Positions 47,539 to 57,308 of a DNA stretch of 64,000 nucleotides are shown one piece after another; the first letter of the stretch is position 1, and each line of letters opens with the position of its first letter. The notes beneath the pieces are model-generated. The model saw only the letters and a program-made list of their open reading frames with translations, had not been told where the DNA came from and made no database searches. A program made the position numbers and the translations under genes. This stretch comes from Phycisphaerae bacterium (GTDB lineage: Bacteria > Planctomycetota > Phycisphaerae > UBA1845 > PWPN01): positions 50,420 through 114,419 of the forward strand of contig DAOOIV010000007.1 of the NCBI GenBank assembly GCA_035384605.1, written 5' to 3'.

Positions 47539-48444
47539 ATGTCACTACTGGTGACCGGCAGTATCGCAATTGACGATGTGAGAAGCCCCTTTGGCAGCGC
47601 CGAGGGCGTCTATGGAGGCTCGGCCGTGTATTTCTCATTCGCGGCCACGCTCTTTGTCCCGGTGCGGTTCGTAGGCGTCGTCGGCGAGGATTTCCCGGAT
47701 GATTTCCGCGCGTTCCTGACGAAGCGGAACATCGATCTGGCAGGGCTCGAAGTCCGCAGGGGCAGCAAGACCTTCCGCTGGTCGGGGCAGTATGACCAGG
47801 TGACCAGTGATGCCGAGACCATCGCCATTGAACTGAACGTGCTGGCGGAGGCCGGCCCGAGGATCCCTCCGCAGTTCGCCGACAGTGAGTACGTTTTCCT
47901 GGCCGCGACGCACCCCTCGTTGCAGCAGGATCTTGTCGGCCAGCTCAAGTCTCCAAGACTGATCGTAGCGGACACGCGCAACCTCTGGATCACCAATGAA
48001 CGAGCCGCCCTGCTCAAGACCTTCAGCATGGTTCACGGGGCCATCCTCAACGATGCCGAGGCTCGTTTGCTGACCGACAGGCACAACCTGGTGCTCGCCG
48101 GCCGACGGATCATCGAATGGGGACCGCGGTTCGTGGTGATCAAGAAGGGTGAAAACGGCGTGATGCTGGTCACCAAAGACACGGTGGCGGTGCTGCCGGC
48201 TTTCCCGACGACCGAAGTCAAGGATCCGACCGGGGCGGGTGACAGCTTCGCCGGCGGGATGATGGGCTGCCTGGCTAAACAACGCGACTTCAGCGAGGTC
48301 TCGCTCAAACGGGCCCTCGCTTACGGTACCATCACCGCGTCTTTTACCATTGAGGATTTCAGTCTGCGACGGATCGAGAAGGTGACCATCGACGACGTCA
48401 ATCGACGGCTGGCCGAGTACAAGGCCATGCTATCGCTGGAATGA
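47539..48444 (+). CDS. PfkB-family carbohydrate kinase
   Basis: MSLLVTGSIAIDDV N-terminus and DPTGAGDSFAGG anion-hole motif. Confidence 0.8.
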   Translation: MSLLVTGSIAIDDVRSPFGSAEGVYGGSAVYFSFAATLFVPVRFVGVVGEDFPDDFRAFLTKRNIDLAGLEVRRGSKTFRWSGQYDQVTSDAETIAIELNVLAEAGPRIPPQFADSEYVFLAATHPSLQQDLVGQLKSPRLIVADTRNLWITNERAALLKTFSMVHGAILNDAEARLLTDRHNLVLAGRRIIEWGPRFVVIKKGENGVMLVTKDTVAVLPAFPTTEVKDPTGAGDSFAGGMMGCLAKQRDFSEVSLKRALAYGTITASFTIEDFSLRRIEKVTIDDVNRRLAEYKAMLSLE

Positions 48445-48532
48445 GTTGAACCGGCAAGGAACAAAATCGCGAGCGATGGGTTCGCAAGGCGGTCTGCGAG
48501 AACCGCCGCGTAGAGATGAAGGAGGACTCACG

Positions 48533-49726
48533 ATGCAGGATTCCACCACAAGACGTTCGTTTCTGCAGGCATTGGGTCTGGGTACCGCCGCTCTCGGCGT
48601 GACGGGGATCGCCCGCGCCGAGGAGAAGGTAATCCAGGGATTTGAGAAGGAAGCGACCGATTTGAACGCATCCAAGGACTGGAAGCCCGTCTCGGATCGC
48701 AAGGTTCGCGTCGGTATTGCCGGATATGGCGTATGCCGGTTCGGGGCGGCGTTCAGCTTCCAGGACCATCCCAACGTCGAGATCGTGGCTGTCAGCGACC
48801 TGGATTCCGACAAATGCGCTGCTCTGGCCAAGGCCGTCCGTTGCGAGAAAACCTATCCTTCGGCCGAAGAGATGATCAAGGATCAGAAGATCGAAGCGGT
48901 GTTCGTCGCGACCGATGCCCCGAGCCACGCGCGGCTGGCCATAATGGCTCTCCAACACGGCAAGCACGTGTGCTCGGCCGTGCCGGCGTGCTTCGGTTCG
49001 ATCGAGGACGCCGACAAGCTCTTTGAGGCGGTCAAGACAACCGGCCTCAAGTACATGCTCTTTGAGACCTCGTATTTCCATGCCGATTTGTACGCCATGC
49101 GGGAGATCTACAAGGCCGGCGGCTTCGGCAAGCTGGTTTACGCCGAAGGAGAGTATTACCACTATATGGAAGAGCCGATCGACTCATACAAAGGTTGGCG
49201 CGTCGGCCTGCCGCCGCAGTGGTACCCGACGCACTCGAATGCCTACTACGTCGGCGTGGGAGGGGGCAGCTTCACGGAAGTCTGTTGCATGGGAATGCCC
49301 AGCATCATCCCGCACCTTCGGCCCGAGAACAACCCTTACAAGAACCCGTTCGGCACCGAGATCGCTTTATTCCGCACCAGCGAAGGCGGATCGGCGCGGA
49401 TGGCGGTCAGTTGGGACTCTCCGGGCGCGGGCGGCGAGATGGGCCGGATTCGAGGGCAGCGGGGCACGTTTTACGGCAAGTACGAGGGACTGGAGAAGAA
49501 CCTGCCGGATACCAGGCGCCCGCCGCTTCCGCCCAAGGTGGAAGCCGGAGGTCACGGCGGCTCGCACGGCCACCTGATGAACGAATTCGTCACCGCGATC
49601 CTCCAAGACCGCAAGCCGCTGGTGGATATCGCCCAGGCATTGAACATGACCGTTGCCGGCATCGTTGCTCACCAGTCGGCTTTGAAGGACGGTGAACTGC
49701 TCAAGATACCGCAGTACAAACTGTGA
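48533..49726 (+). CDS. Gfo/Idh/MocA-family oxidoreductase with twin-arginine (Tat) signal
   Basis: MQDSTTRRSFLQALGLGTAALG Tat motif. Rossmann motif VGIAGYG. GAAGGAGGA RBS upstream. Confidence 0.8.
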   Translation: MQDSTTRRSFLQALGLGTAALGVTGIARAEEKVIQGFEKEATDLNASKDWKPVSDRKVRVGIAGYGVCRFGAAFSFQDHPNVEIVAVSDLDSDKCAALAKAVRCEKTYPSAEEMIKDQKIEAVFVATDAPSHARLAIMALQHGKHVCSAVPACFGSIEDADKLFEAVKTTGLKYMLFETSYFHADLYAMREIYKAGGFGKLVYAEGEYYHYMEEPIDSYKGWRVGLPPQWYPTHSNAYYVGVGGGSFTEVCCMGMPSIIPHLRPENNPYKNPFGTEIALFRTSEGGSARMAVSWDSPGAGGEMGRIRGQRGTFYGKYEGLEKNLPDTRRPPLPPKVEAGGHGGSHGHLMNEFVTAILQDRKPLVDIAQALNMTVAGIVAHQSALKDGELLKIPQYKL

Positions 49727-49738
49727 CCGAGTGGTCCG

Positions 49739-51118
49739 ATGAACGCTGGCAGAGAATCGGGCAGTCTCCTCTACGTGGTGCTGTTGGTGCTGGTCGCGGC
49801 GCTGGGCGGTTTGTTGTTCGGTTACGACACGGCGGTGATTTCGGGCGCGACCGAGTTCCTGAGTCAGAAGTTCGCGCTCGACGAGAACTGGGAAGGCTGG
49901 GCCGCGGCCTGCACCTTGCTGGGCTGCATGCTCGGTGCGGGCACGGCCGGAACGCTGAGCGATCGCTTCGGTCGCAAGAAGACGATGCTGTTGGCGGCGG
50001 TCCTGTTTGGCCTGTCCGCGTTGGGCGCGGCATTGCCTCGCAACCTTAACCAGTTCGTCATGGCACGGATGATCGGCGGGCTTGGCATCGGCATTGCCTC
50101 GATGATGTCGCCGATGTACATCGCCGAGGTTTCACCGAGCCGCATCCGCGGCCGCCTGGTTTCGGTCAACCAGTTCGCCATCATCTTCGGCATGCTGGTG
50201 GTCTACTTCGTCAATGCCTACATCGCCAGGCAGGGCGGCGCAGACGACCAGGATTGGAACATCCATTACGGCTGGCGCTGGATGTTCGGCTCCGGTGTGT
50301 TGCCGGCGGTTTTATTCTTCGTGCTGCTGTTCTTTGTGCCGGAAAGCCCGCGGTGGTTGGTGAGCCGGGGGCAGGAGGACCGGGCCGAATCCGTCCTGGC
50401 TCGCATCGGCGGGAAAGCTCATGCCGGGCGTGAAATCGGCGAAATCCGCGACGCCCTCTCGCTGGAGACGAGTTCACTGGGTCAGCTTTTCGCCCCGCGG
50501 ATGCGGCTGCCGCTGCTGATCGGCATCGGGCTGGCCGTTCTCCAGCAAATCACGGGGATCAACATCGTGCTGTACTACGCGCCCAAGATCTTCAGCAGCA
50601 CCGGCCTGAAGATCACCGACGCGATCGGCCACACCGTGCTGGTCGGGGCGGTCAACCTGGCATTTACCGTCGTCGCCATCTGGGTGGTCGACCGAGTCGG
50701 GCGCAAGCCGCTGCTGCTGACCGCCTCGGCCGGAATGGGGTTGTCGTTGCTGCTGCTGGGCGAAGCATTCCGGCGCGAACGATTCCACGGGCCGTGGGTG
50801 CTGGTTCTGGTGCTGGCTTACGTTGCCTCATTCGCGATTGCCATGGGGCCCGTCGTGTGGGTGGTGATCGCCGAGATCTTTCCGACCGGCATCCGCGGCC
50901 GGGCGATGGCCGTGGCCACCGTGTGTCTGTGGTTCGCCTGCTTCATGGTCACCCAGACGTTTCCGCGCATGCTCAAGCACCTCGGCGGCAACACCTTCTT
51001 CATCTACGCGGTCATGTGCGCCTTCTGCTTTGTCTTTGTGGCCGCTTTCGTGCCCGAAACCAAAGGCAAGTCGCTCGAAGAGATTGAGCGCGGCTGGATG
51101 CGCCGTGAGAATCGGTAA
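49739..51118 (+). CDS. MFS sugar porter (XylE/GalP-like)
   Basis: GYDTAVISGA, RFGRKKT and PESPRWL signature motifs. 12 TM helices. Confidence 0.85.
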   Translation: MNAGRESGSLLYVVLLVLVAALGGLLFGYDTAVISGATEFLSQKFALDENWEGWAAACTLLGCMLGAGTAGTLSDRFGRKKTMLLAAVLFGLSALGAALPRNLNQFVMARMIGGLGIGIASMMSPMYIAEVSPSRIRGRLVSVNQFAIIFGMLVVYFVNAYIARQGGADDQDWNIHYGWRWMFGSGVLPAVLFFVLLFFVPESPRWLVSRGQEDRAESVLARIGGKAHAGREIGEIRDALSLETSSLGQLFAPRMRLPLLIGIGLAVLQQITGINIVLYYAPKIFSSTGLKITDAIGHTVLVGAVNLAFTVVAIWVVDRVGRKPLLLTASAGMGLSLLLLGEAFRRERFHGPWVLVLVLAYVASFAIAMGPVVWVVIAEIFPTGIRGRAMAVATVCLWFACFMVTQTFPRMLKHLGGNTFFIYAVMCAFCFVFVAAFVPETKGKSLEEIERGWMRRENR

Positions 51119-51147
51119 GCGACCGGCGGCAGCCCAAACCGGCCGCT

Positions 51148-52590
51148 TTACATTGCCGGTGCGGTCGCGGCCCGCGTCGTCGGGGGCGCGGCTGCGGCGC
51201 GGGTCGTCGTTACGGGAACCGATGGCGCGGTGCTTGCGGGCCGTGTCCCCAAGACCGGGTATGTCGCGGGAACCGCGTGTGGGGTCTTGGAGGGCGGGCT
51301 CTCCACAAGGAATCGCCAAGTGTGACGGTCGCCCCAGCCGGCCATGCGCCGACCGTCGAAGAACAGCGTCGGGGTCGCGTTGACGCCCAAGGCACTGCCT
51401 TGGCCCACGTTGGAGCGGATTCGATCCCAAATGCCGTACGTCTTGATCTGTTTCCAGAGTGCGTCGTGGTCTATTCCCAGCTTCTCGCAAGCTTGCTTGA
51501 CATATTCGGTGCTGCGCTTGGCGAAACCTTCCGGATCGCGGAACAGCTCGTCGTGCATTTTCCAGAACGTTTCATTCCCGCCAAGAATCCGGGCAGCCTC
51601 GGCCGTGACGGCGGCGGCACAGGCCGCGCCGTGCGGCGTGTTCTTGATGTAGATGTTGCACGTGGTGTTCATGGGGAAGTACTTGAAGACCACGCGGAAG
51701 CGGCCCGGGTATTCCTTCATGCGCTCATCGAGCATGTCAGCTATCAGTCTGCAATGCGGACACTGGAAGTCAGTGAAAACGACCACGGTGTGTGGGGCGT
51801 CGGCCGGGCCGCGGACCGGGTCCTCGGGCATGATCGGAATCTGCAACTGGGGTTGAGACATGAACTTCGCGTGTTTGGCGGCATAATCGCCGTCGTATTC
51901 CTGCCACTTCGCGAAGTACTCGTTGCTGTAGGCCTTCCGCAAACGTGACTGGTAGATTCCCCAGCCGGCAGCGCTCATAGCGGCGGCCGTCAATACGGCG
52001 GCCAGGACCAGATGCAGCGGTGGGTGAGACAACTCTGACTGGCGGCCGTACGAACTCTCCACGATGTGCCCGGCCGGCGCGACCGCGGGGCCCGCCGCCA
52101 TGCCCTGTCTTGGCCACAGAAGCAGGGTCACCAGCAGCAGCGCCAGGGTCAGCACATGCACCAGAAAACACAACCAGCAGGGCCGATCAAACCTGGACCA
52201 CATGATCACGTCAAGCCAGATGCAGATCACGGCTCCGACGGCCGCCCCCAGAACGGGCAGAAAATGCAACCACCGCCGCGACCCGCGCGCCTGCCCCACC
52301 GTGATGTACCACGAGGCCATGCAGGCGAAAAACGCAAATCCGAACATCGCCGTCGGGATGGTCACACTCTTGTCGCCCCGGCCCAGCACTATTTTGCCCC
52401 ACTTGCTGGCCAGGATCGCGTCGCAGCTTGACTGCCCCTCGGCGTCTTCACACATGGCGCCGAGAACCGGATCGCTGCCGACCTCGACAGCAACGTGACG
52501 CTGAAGGAGAACGGCGCTGGCCGCCAGACCCGCCAAGGCCAGCAGCGCCGCAAAGACCACGCCGGTGACTGCTGCTGCGCTTTGTCTCAT
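51148..52590 (-). CDS. VKOR (vitamin K epoxide reductase)-DsbA-like thioredoxin fusion protein
   Basis: VKOR TM domain with CWLC. C-terminal Trx-fold domain FTDFQCPHCR. Confidence 0.75.
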   Translation of the reverse strand: MRQSAAAVTGVVFAALLALAGLAASAVLLQRHVAVEVGSDPVLGAMCEDAEGQSSCDAILASKWGKIVLGRGDKSVTIPTAMFGFAFFACMASWYITVGQARGSRRWLHFLPVLGAAVGAVICIWLDVIMWSRFDRPCWLCFLVHVLTLALLLVTLLLWPRQGMAAGPAVAPAGHIVESSYGRQSELSHPPLHLVLAAVLTAAAMSAAGWGIYQSRLRKAYSNEYFAKWQEYDGDYAAKHAKFMSQPQLQIPIMPEDPVRGPADAPHTVVVFTDFQCPHCRLIADMLDERMKEYPGRFRVVFKYFPMNTTCNIYIKNTPHGAACAAAVTAEAARILGGNETFWKMHDELFRDPEGFAKRSTEYVKQACEKLGIDHDALWKQIKTYGIWDRIRSNVGQGSALGVNATPTLFFDGRRMAGWGDRHTWRFLVESPPSKTPHAVPATYPVLGTRPASTAPSVPVTTTRAAAAPPTTRAATAPAM

Positions 52591-52626
52591 ATCGTATGTG
52601 TCCTCGATGTTCTTGTCCGCGTCGGA

Positions 52627-54258
52627 TCACGGCTGCGGCCTTGTCGCCGCCATGGAAGGCCGCTCGTCCTGCCGCGTCGGTGCTGCCGACGTCCCCGACA
52701 CCGGAATACTCGACGAAGGCACCCGCGACGTCATGATCTTCAACCACAGAGCGTCGGTCGCGTGCGGCCGCCAGACTCGCTTGTTATCCACGAAAATCGC
52801 GGGTGTTGAATCAACCTTGATGAAGTCCACGTCGCCGGGCTTGATATTCGGCAGGTTCTTGCCGAGATTGGCCCCTTCGTCCAGATCAGCCTTGACCCGG
52901 GCCATGGCCTGGTCGCCGGCCATCGCCTGCTCAAAGGCCTGTTCGTCCAGTCCGATCTCGCGCGCCAGGACATTGAAGTCCCGATTCTCCTTCCATCCTT
53001 TCCATCTCGCCTGACTGTCCCAGAGAAGGTCGTGCATTTTCCAGTAGGCCTCGTCGCCGCCGACGATCCGGGCCGCCTCCGCCGCCAGCGCCGCCTTGCA
53101 GGCGGCCGGATGCAGGTTGTGGGACGCGTAAGGACTACAGTCGGTGCAGATCGGCCAATACTTGAATGTCATGCGGATCAATCCGCCGTAACGCTCGCTC
53201 AGCGGCAACAGTCTCGTGTTGGTGTAGTCCTCGAATCGCTTGCACCCCGGACATCCGAAGTCGCTGTACACCACGAGTGTGTGCGGAGCATTGACCGGGC
53301 CGCGGAACGGTCGGTCCTCGAGCGAGATGGGCACGGGCGGTGAGATTTCCCATGCCGTGTAGGCGTGCTGCCAGCGCGTCTGGTAGTAATCCAGTTGCTT
53401 CTGGTAATGCTTCTGGTAAGCCTCGGCGGTGGTGAGCTTCTTGTGCGCGTCGATGACCTTTTGAATCAGCACCTCGGCGGGCTGCGTCGTCAGCGTCGCG
53501 AGCAGCTCCTTCTCATCGACGGGCTGGGTGGTCGAAACCTCCTTCTCAACAACGGACCGCTCAGCCGCGACGGTCGGCGACAACCACTGGTATTCCCCCC
53601 AGATCGCCACCAACGCCACGATCGGGGTCGCCACCAGAATGCGCAAGGTCGGCCAATGAGTCACGGAAGGGGCAAACCACGCAACGGCGGGTGTGGCCGA
53701 GGCGCGGGGCGGGGCTGCGGCGGCTTCGTCCGATTCCCGCGGCCAGAGCGCCAAAGCGAAAACAAAGAGCAGCAGCGACAGCACGTGGGTGATCACACAC
53801 AGCGGACAGTAGTACTTCAGTCTGGTCCACATGACGTACTCGAAGAATGCGCTGACACCGAGGCCGACGGCCGTCCCACTTACAAGAATGAGGTGTGCCC
53901 ACCATCGCGAGGGGCTACAGATTCCGACCAGGCCCAACCACGCGAGTACGGCCGTGAAGTAGAACATCCCCAGAAGCGCCACCGGCACGTGGAATTGCCC
54001 GGGCTTGCTGCCAAAGGGCCAGACCGAGTAGGGACTCTGCGCCACCTCTTCACAACTGGCGCTCTCTGTTGCACTACAGATGGCGTCAAACCAACTTGTC
54101 TCACCATCGTTTTCGGTAGCTGCCGCCACCGGAGCGAATCCGTGAGTCTTCAGGTACTCGAAGGTCAATTCTCTGCTCAGCCAGATGCCGGCAACGCAAC
54201 TTGCCATCGCCGCCAGCCAAACCACCGTCCGGATCGGGCCTGTTCTCACCGTTGTCAC
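52627..54258 (-). CDS. VKOR-DsbA-like thioredoxin fusion protein (tandem paralog)
   Basis: VKOR domain with CPLC. Trx-fold domain YSDFGCPGCKRF. Confidence 0.75.
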   Translation of the reverse strand: MTTVRTGPIRTVVWLAAMASCVAGIWLSRELTFEYLKTHGFAPVAAATENDGETSWFDAICSATESASCEEVAQSPYSVWPFGSKPGQFHVPVALLGMFYFTAVLAWLGLVGICSPSRWWAHLILVSGTAVGLGVSAFFEYVMWTRLKYYCPLCVITHVLSLLLFVFALALWPRESDEAAAAPPRASATPAVAWFAPSVTHWPTLRILVATPIVALVAIWGEYQWLSPTVAAERSVVEKEVSTTQPVDEKELLATLTTQPAEVLIQKVIDAHKKLTTAEAYQKHYQKQLDYYQTRWQHAYTAWEISPPVPISLEDRPFRGPVNAPHTLVVYSDFGCPGCKRFEDYTNTRLLPLSERYGGLIRMTFKYWPICTDCSPYASHNLHPAACKAALAAEAARIVGGDEAYWKMHDLLWDSQARWKGWKENRDFNVLAREIGLDEQAFEQAMAGDQAMARVKADLDEGANLGKNLPNIKPGDVDFIKVDSTPAIFVDNKRVWRPHATDALWLKIMTSRVPSSSIPVSGTSAAPTRQDERPSMAATRPQP

Positions 54259-54363
54259 TCCTGCGGCATGGGGGCCGATTCATCTCGCGGGGGGAAGCAC
54301 CAACTGGCGCCCGTCGGGGCTGGGGTTTGCAGGCCCGACGCCCGAGTCATACACTCTGGTGCC

Positions 54364-55146
54364 ATGAGCCAACCAAGAGTGATGATCCTTCGAACCGCCG
54401 GTACCAACTGCGACGAGGAAACCGTCCATGCCTGGGAACTGGCCGGCGCCCAAGCCCGGCGGGTACACGTACGCGAACTCATCGATAAACCCGCCTTGTT
54501 GCGGGAGTTCGCGATTCTAACGATTCCTGGCGGCTTCAGCTACGGTGATGACATCTCCGCCGGGAAGATCCTGGCTAACCAGATGGTTCACCACCTTGCC
54601 GATGCCATCGGCGAATTCGTGGCCGCAGGCAAACTGGTTCTGGGGATCTGCAACGGTTTTCAGGTTCTGGTCAAGGCAGGGCTGCTACCGGGCGATGGCC
54701 AGAGTTTCATGAGTCGGCAGACCGTCACCCTGACAAACAACGACTCGGCCCGCTTCGAGGATCGATGGGTGCACTTGCGGACGGGGAAGCGGGCGACTGC
54801 CTTTTTTCCAGCCGACACGATTCTGGCCATGCCAGTTGCCCACGGGGAAGGCAAGCTCGTGGCCGCTGACGATCAGACTCTGAGGCGATTGATTGAGAAC
54901 GGACACGTAGCCGTCACTTACTGTGATGCCCAAGGACGCCCAGGCCCTTATCCGGTTAATCCCAATGGCAGCCAGGCGGACATCGCCGGTTTGACCGACA
55001 GAACAGGCCGCATCTTCGGCCTGATGCCCCATCCTGAGCGCCACGTTCACCCCACCCAGCACCCTGAGTGGACCCGTCGACCAGGAGCTTCGGCGGATGG
55101 ACGAATCATCTTCGAGACCGCCGTCCGAACAGCTTTCCAGCTCTAA
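54364..55146 (+). CDS. purQ: Phosphoribosylformylglycinamidine synthase subunit PurQ (glutamine amidotransferase)
   Basis: GICNGFQ nucleophile elbow. C-terminal catalytic His (HPE). Start is the ATG at 54364 inside the longer track ORF. Confidence 0.85.
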   Translation: MSQPRVMILRTAGTNCDEETVHAWELAGAQARRVHVRELIDKPALLREFAILTIPGGFSYGDDISAGKILANQMVHHLADAIGEFVAAGKLVLGICNGFQVLVKAGLLPGDGQSFMSRQTVTLTNNDSARFEDRWVHLRTGKRATAFFPADTILAMPVAHGEGKLVAADDQTLRRLIENGHVAVTYCDAQGRPGPYPVNPNGSQADIAGLTDRTGRIFGLMPHPERHVHPTQHPEWTRRPGASADGRIIFETAVRTAFQL

Positions 55147-55211
55147 CCTTATTTCTCACAGCGGTTTATGAAATACGAGCAGCGAACTGAGCCTGCTCAA
55201 GGAAGCTGCGC

Positions 55212-56593
55212 ATGACGCCTGTGGCCCATACCCGGTTCGCCCGAAGATTCGTGCCGGCCGAAGCTGGCATGGGCACTGGGCCCAGTATCGAACCCTTGTT
55301 TGACGCCCTCGATGCCCGGCCCATCGAGACCGTCGGCCAATTCGAGCAGTGGATTCTCGACGGAAGCGAGCTGGCCTCTTGTCTGTCGGAGGAACACGAC
55401 AAGCGCCTCGTCGCGATGACCTGCCAGACGGACGATCAGAGTCCCAGCAAGAGCCCGACCGCCGCGTTCGGCAGGAACCTCCGAGCCGTCCGCCCGACGC
55501 CGACTTGCTGATCGGGAATCAATCGATGAGATCTTCCACCGGATGATCCGGCTGCGTTCGCAAATTGCCCCGAATGCCGGTTTCGACAGCTTCCGAGACT
55601 ACCAGTTCAAGGCTGATGAGCGGTTCGACTATACCCCTGCTGACTGTCATACGTTCCACGAAGCCATCAGGCACGCTGTGGTGCCAGTTTACCGGCAGAT
55701 TCAGCAGCAACGCAGAAGACACCGGGGGTTGAACGACTGCGACCCTGGGATCTCGCCGTGGATCCCAAGGGCAGGCCACCCCTGTGGCCGTTCAATGAGG
55801 GTGGCGAGTTGTCGGCCAAGTGTTGGACGATCTTCGCTGAGGCGGTCCGCCTTAAAGCCTATCCCGAGACCAGAAGAGGCGCTACTTTACTCTGCGGGAC
55901 GCGACGCGGACGCTTCAGCTCGCCGCCAAGGGTGCGGGACTGGAGGGTGCGATCTACGCCGGGCTGGAGGCGGTGACCAGCGACCTTCTCGGCCGGGAGT
56001 GGCGGCGGGAAGACGGGGCGCACCTGAAGGTCGAGCGGTGCCTCATCGACGCCAACTGGGGCACATCGACTGACGTGGTCTACCAGTTCTGCCGTCAGAG
56101 CGCCCACGCGGCGGTCCTGACGCCGAGCCACGGGCGGTTCGTGGGGGCATCAAGCATCCCGCTGGCCGAGTACCGCCGCAAGCGCGGCGACCGCGTCGGC
56201 CTGAATTGGCGCATCCCCAGTGTCCACGGCCGCCGGGCCATCCGCCACGTGCTCTTCGACTCGAACTACTGGAAGTCGTTCATCCACGCACGCCTTGCCG
56301 TCGCCATGGGCGACCGGGGGTGCCTGTCGCTTTTCGGCCGCGACCCGGAAGTGCATCGCCTCCTGGCCGAGCACCTGACGAGCGAGTACCGCGTGAAGAC
56401 CGAGGGCCGGGGCCGCGTGGTGGACGAGTGGAAACTGCGCCCCGAGGCCTCAGAGAACCACTGGCTCGATTGCCTCGTCGGCTGCGCCGTGGCGGCGTCG
56501 ATGCAGGGCGTGGTGCTGCCCGGAACGGACGCGAAGGCCGACGTGAAGCGCCAGCGCGTGAGACTCTCGGACCTCCAGCGGAGCAGGCGATAG
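55212..56593 (+). pseudogene. Phage terminase large subunit (GpA family) remnant, disrupted by frameshifts
   Basis: Only the C-terminal ~200 aa is intact in one frame (55973..56593: ...FGRDPEVHRLLAEHLTSEYRVKT...ENHWLDCLVGCAVAAS). Upstream is split across at least 3 frames (55212, 55543, 55758). Confidence 0.55.
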
Positions 56594-56809
56594 ATGGACG
56601 AGCGCACACAGATGAGCGGGGACTCGAAAGGTCTTCCTGCCACGATGCCAGCGGCCCAGCCGGTTAAGCGTGGTCTGGAGTGCCCGCGCTGCGGGTGCAG
56701 GCATTTCCACGTGCTCTATACCCGCGCCACCATCGGTGGGCGAATCCTCCGCCGTCGCGAGTGCCGCTACTGCGGCCGGAGGGTTACCACCTACGAATCT
56801 GCCAACTGA
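56594..56809 (+). CDS. Ogr/Delta-like zinc-finger late-gene activator (phage)
   Basis: LECPRCGCRHFHVLYTRATIGGRILRRRECRYCGRRVTTYE gives a C-x2-C...C-x2-C zinc finger with the Ogr_Delta arrangement. Confidence 0.6.
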   Translation: MDERTQMSGDSKGLPATMPAAQPVKRGLECPRCGCRHFHVLYTRATIGGRILRRRECRYCGRRVTTYESAN

Positions 56810-56868
56810 TTTGCACGGAGCGGTTTTCGCGCTTGACAATTTCCGTCTTTTAGCGGATACTAAAACGG

Positions 56869-57267
56869 ATGGCTGAGATAGATCGGCAAGACATGATGCG
56901 AATCTTCAGGGCGCTCTCGGTGGAGAAGCGAGCGGAGATCATCCGCCTTCTGGCCGAACGGACGCTCTGCGTCGGGGCCCTGTCCAACCTGCTGGGCATC
57001 TCGGCGGGCGCGGTGTCCCAGCACCTGCGGATTCTCAAGGACGCCGGTCTCGTCCAAGCCGACCGGCGGGGCTACTTCATCCACTATAGTCTCTCGCCCG
57101 ACGCCGCCGGGCGTTGCCGGGCGGTCATGGACTCTCTTTTCGGATTGCAGAAGAAAGGAACCAGACGATGTGCTGCGGAAAAACGAAATGCGAAAGGCCC
57201 AAGGAACTCAAGGGCAAAGCCGAAGCGTGCCCGCCCGAGCAGATCAAGAAATGCCACGGCGACGTGA
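56869..57267 (+). CDS. ArsR/SmtB-family transcriptional regulator
   Basis: IFRALSVEKRAEIIRLLAERTLCVGALSNLLGISAGAVSQHLRILKDAGLV...RGYFIHYSL. The 3' tail overlaps a Cys-rich small ORF in another frame. Confidence 0.75.
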   Translation: MAEIDRQDMMRIFRALSVEKRAEIIRLLAERTLCVGALSNLLGISAGAVSQHLRILKDAGLVQADRRGYFIHYSLSPDAAGRCRAVMDSLFGLQKKGTRRCAAEKRNAKGPRNSRAKPKRARPSRSRNATAT

Positions 57268-57308
57268 AGGAACACCCGTGCGTCAAGACGAGCAGGAAGC
57301 GCAAATAG
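57168..57308 (+). CDS. Possible 46-aa Cys/His-rich peptide (MCCGKTKCERPKELKGKAEACPPEQIKKCHGDVKEHPCVKTS...)
   Basis: GAAAGGA RBS upstream of the ATG. 6 Cys + 2 His in 46 aa. Lies between ArsR and the ABC exporter and overlaps both in other frames. Weak support. Confidence 0.3.
   Translation: MCCGKTKCERPKELKGKAEACPPEQIKKCHGDVKEHPCVKTSRKRK

Noticed and set aside
53365-54363. N-terminal 333 aa of the 593-aa track ORF upstream of purQ
   Set aside because: Low-complexity Arg/Gly-rich translation antisense to the second VKOR-DsbA gene. purQ homology begins only at the ATG at 54364.
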